Assembly: GCA_017456905.1 (NCBI GenBank)
Contig: JAFTIL010000017.1
Span: 18,313 to 82,312, forward strand
DNA: 64,000 nt
Reading direction: 5' to 3'
Source: Clostridia bacterium
GTDB lineage: Bacteria; Bacillota; Clostridia; Oscillospirales; CAG-272
Below the pieces are notes generated by a model that was not told where the DNA came from, did no database searches, and saw only the letters and a program-made list of their open reading frames with translations. Both the position numbers and the translations under genes were made by a program. The first letter of the stretch is position 1; the number at the start of each line of letters is the position of its first letter. Below, piece by piece: positions 60,949-64,000 of the stretch.

Positions 60949-64000
<3,052 letters not shown>

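Overview
64 kb of a Clostridia-type (probably Oscillospirales/Ruminococcaceae-like, inferred from gene order and protein sequence style) chromosome. Layout: a YwaF-like membrane gene and a reverse-strand 3-gene operon (membrane protein, WYL-less HTH regulator, Fe-alcohol dehydrogenase); the complete S10-spc-alpha ribosomal cluster (rpsJ to rplQ, with secY, adk, map, infA, rpoA), which has unusually long structured spacers, insertions in uL6 and uL24, a repeat tail on uS3 and a CTG-initiated infA; GNAT and SDR genes; tandem lipoproteins and a BspA-type LRR lipoprotein; a reverse-strand run of PHP phosphatase, MutS-domain ATPase, Lrp regulator and aminotransferase; a GH2; two tandem secreted paralogs ending in a Gly-Cys/hydrophobic/basic C-terminal anchor; plsC; a Na+-type V/A-ATPase operon whose K subunit carries a signal-peptide-like extension and which has a 789-aa glycosidase-like lipoprotein inserted between subunits B and D; a ~1530-aa Cys/His-repeat surface protein; a degenerate uronate isomerase plus TIGR01212 radical SAM; DUF4358/GDSL genes; and the start of a LacZ-type GH2. 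No tRNA, rRNA, CRISPR array, transposase or prophage gene was recognised. Best novelty candidates: the Cys-containing C-terminal sorting signal, the glycosidase lipoprotein inside the ATPase operon, and the NtpK signal peptide. All family calls are by motif recognition, not by database search.
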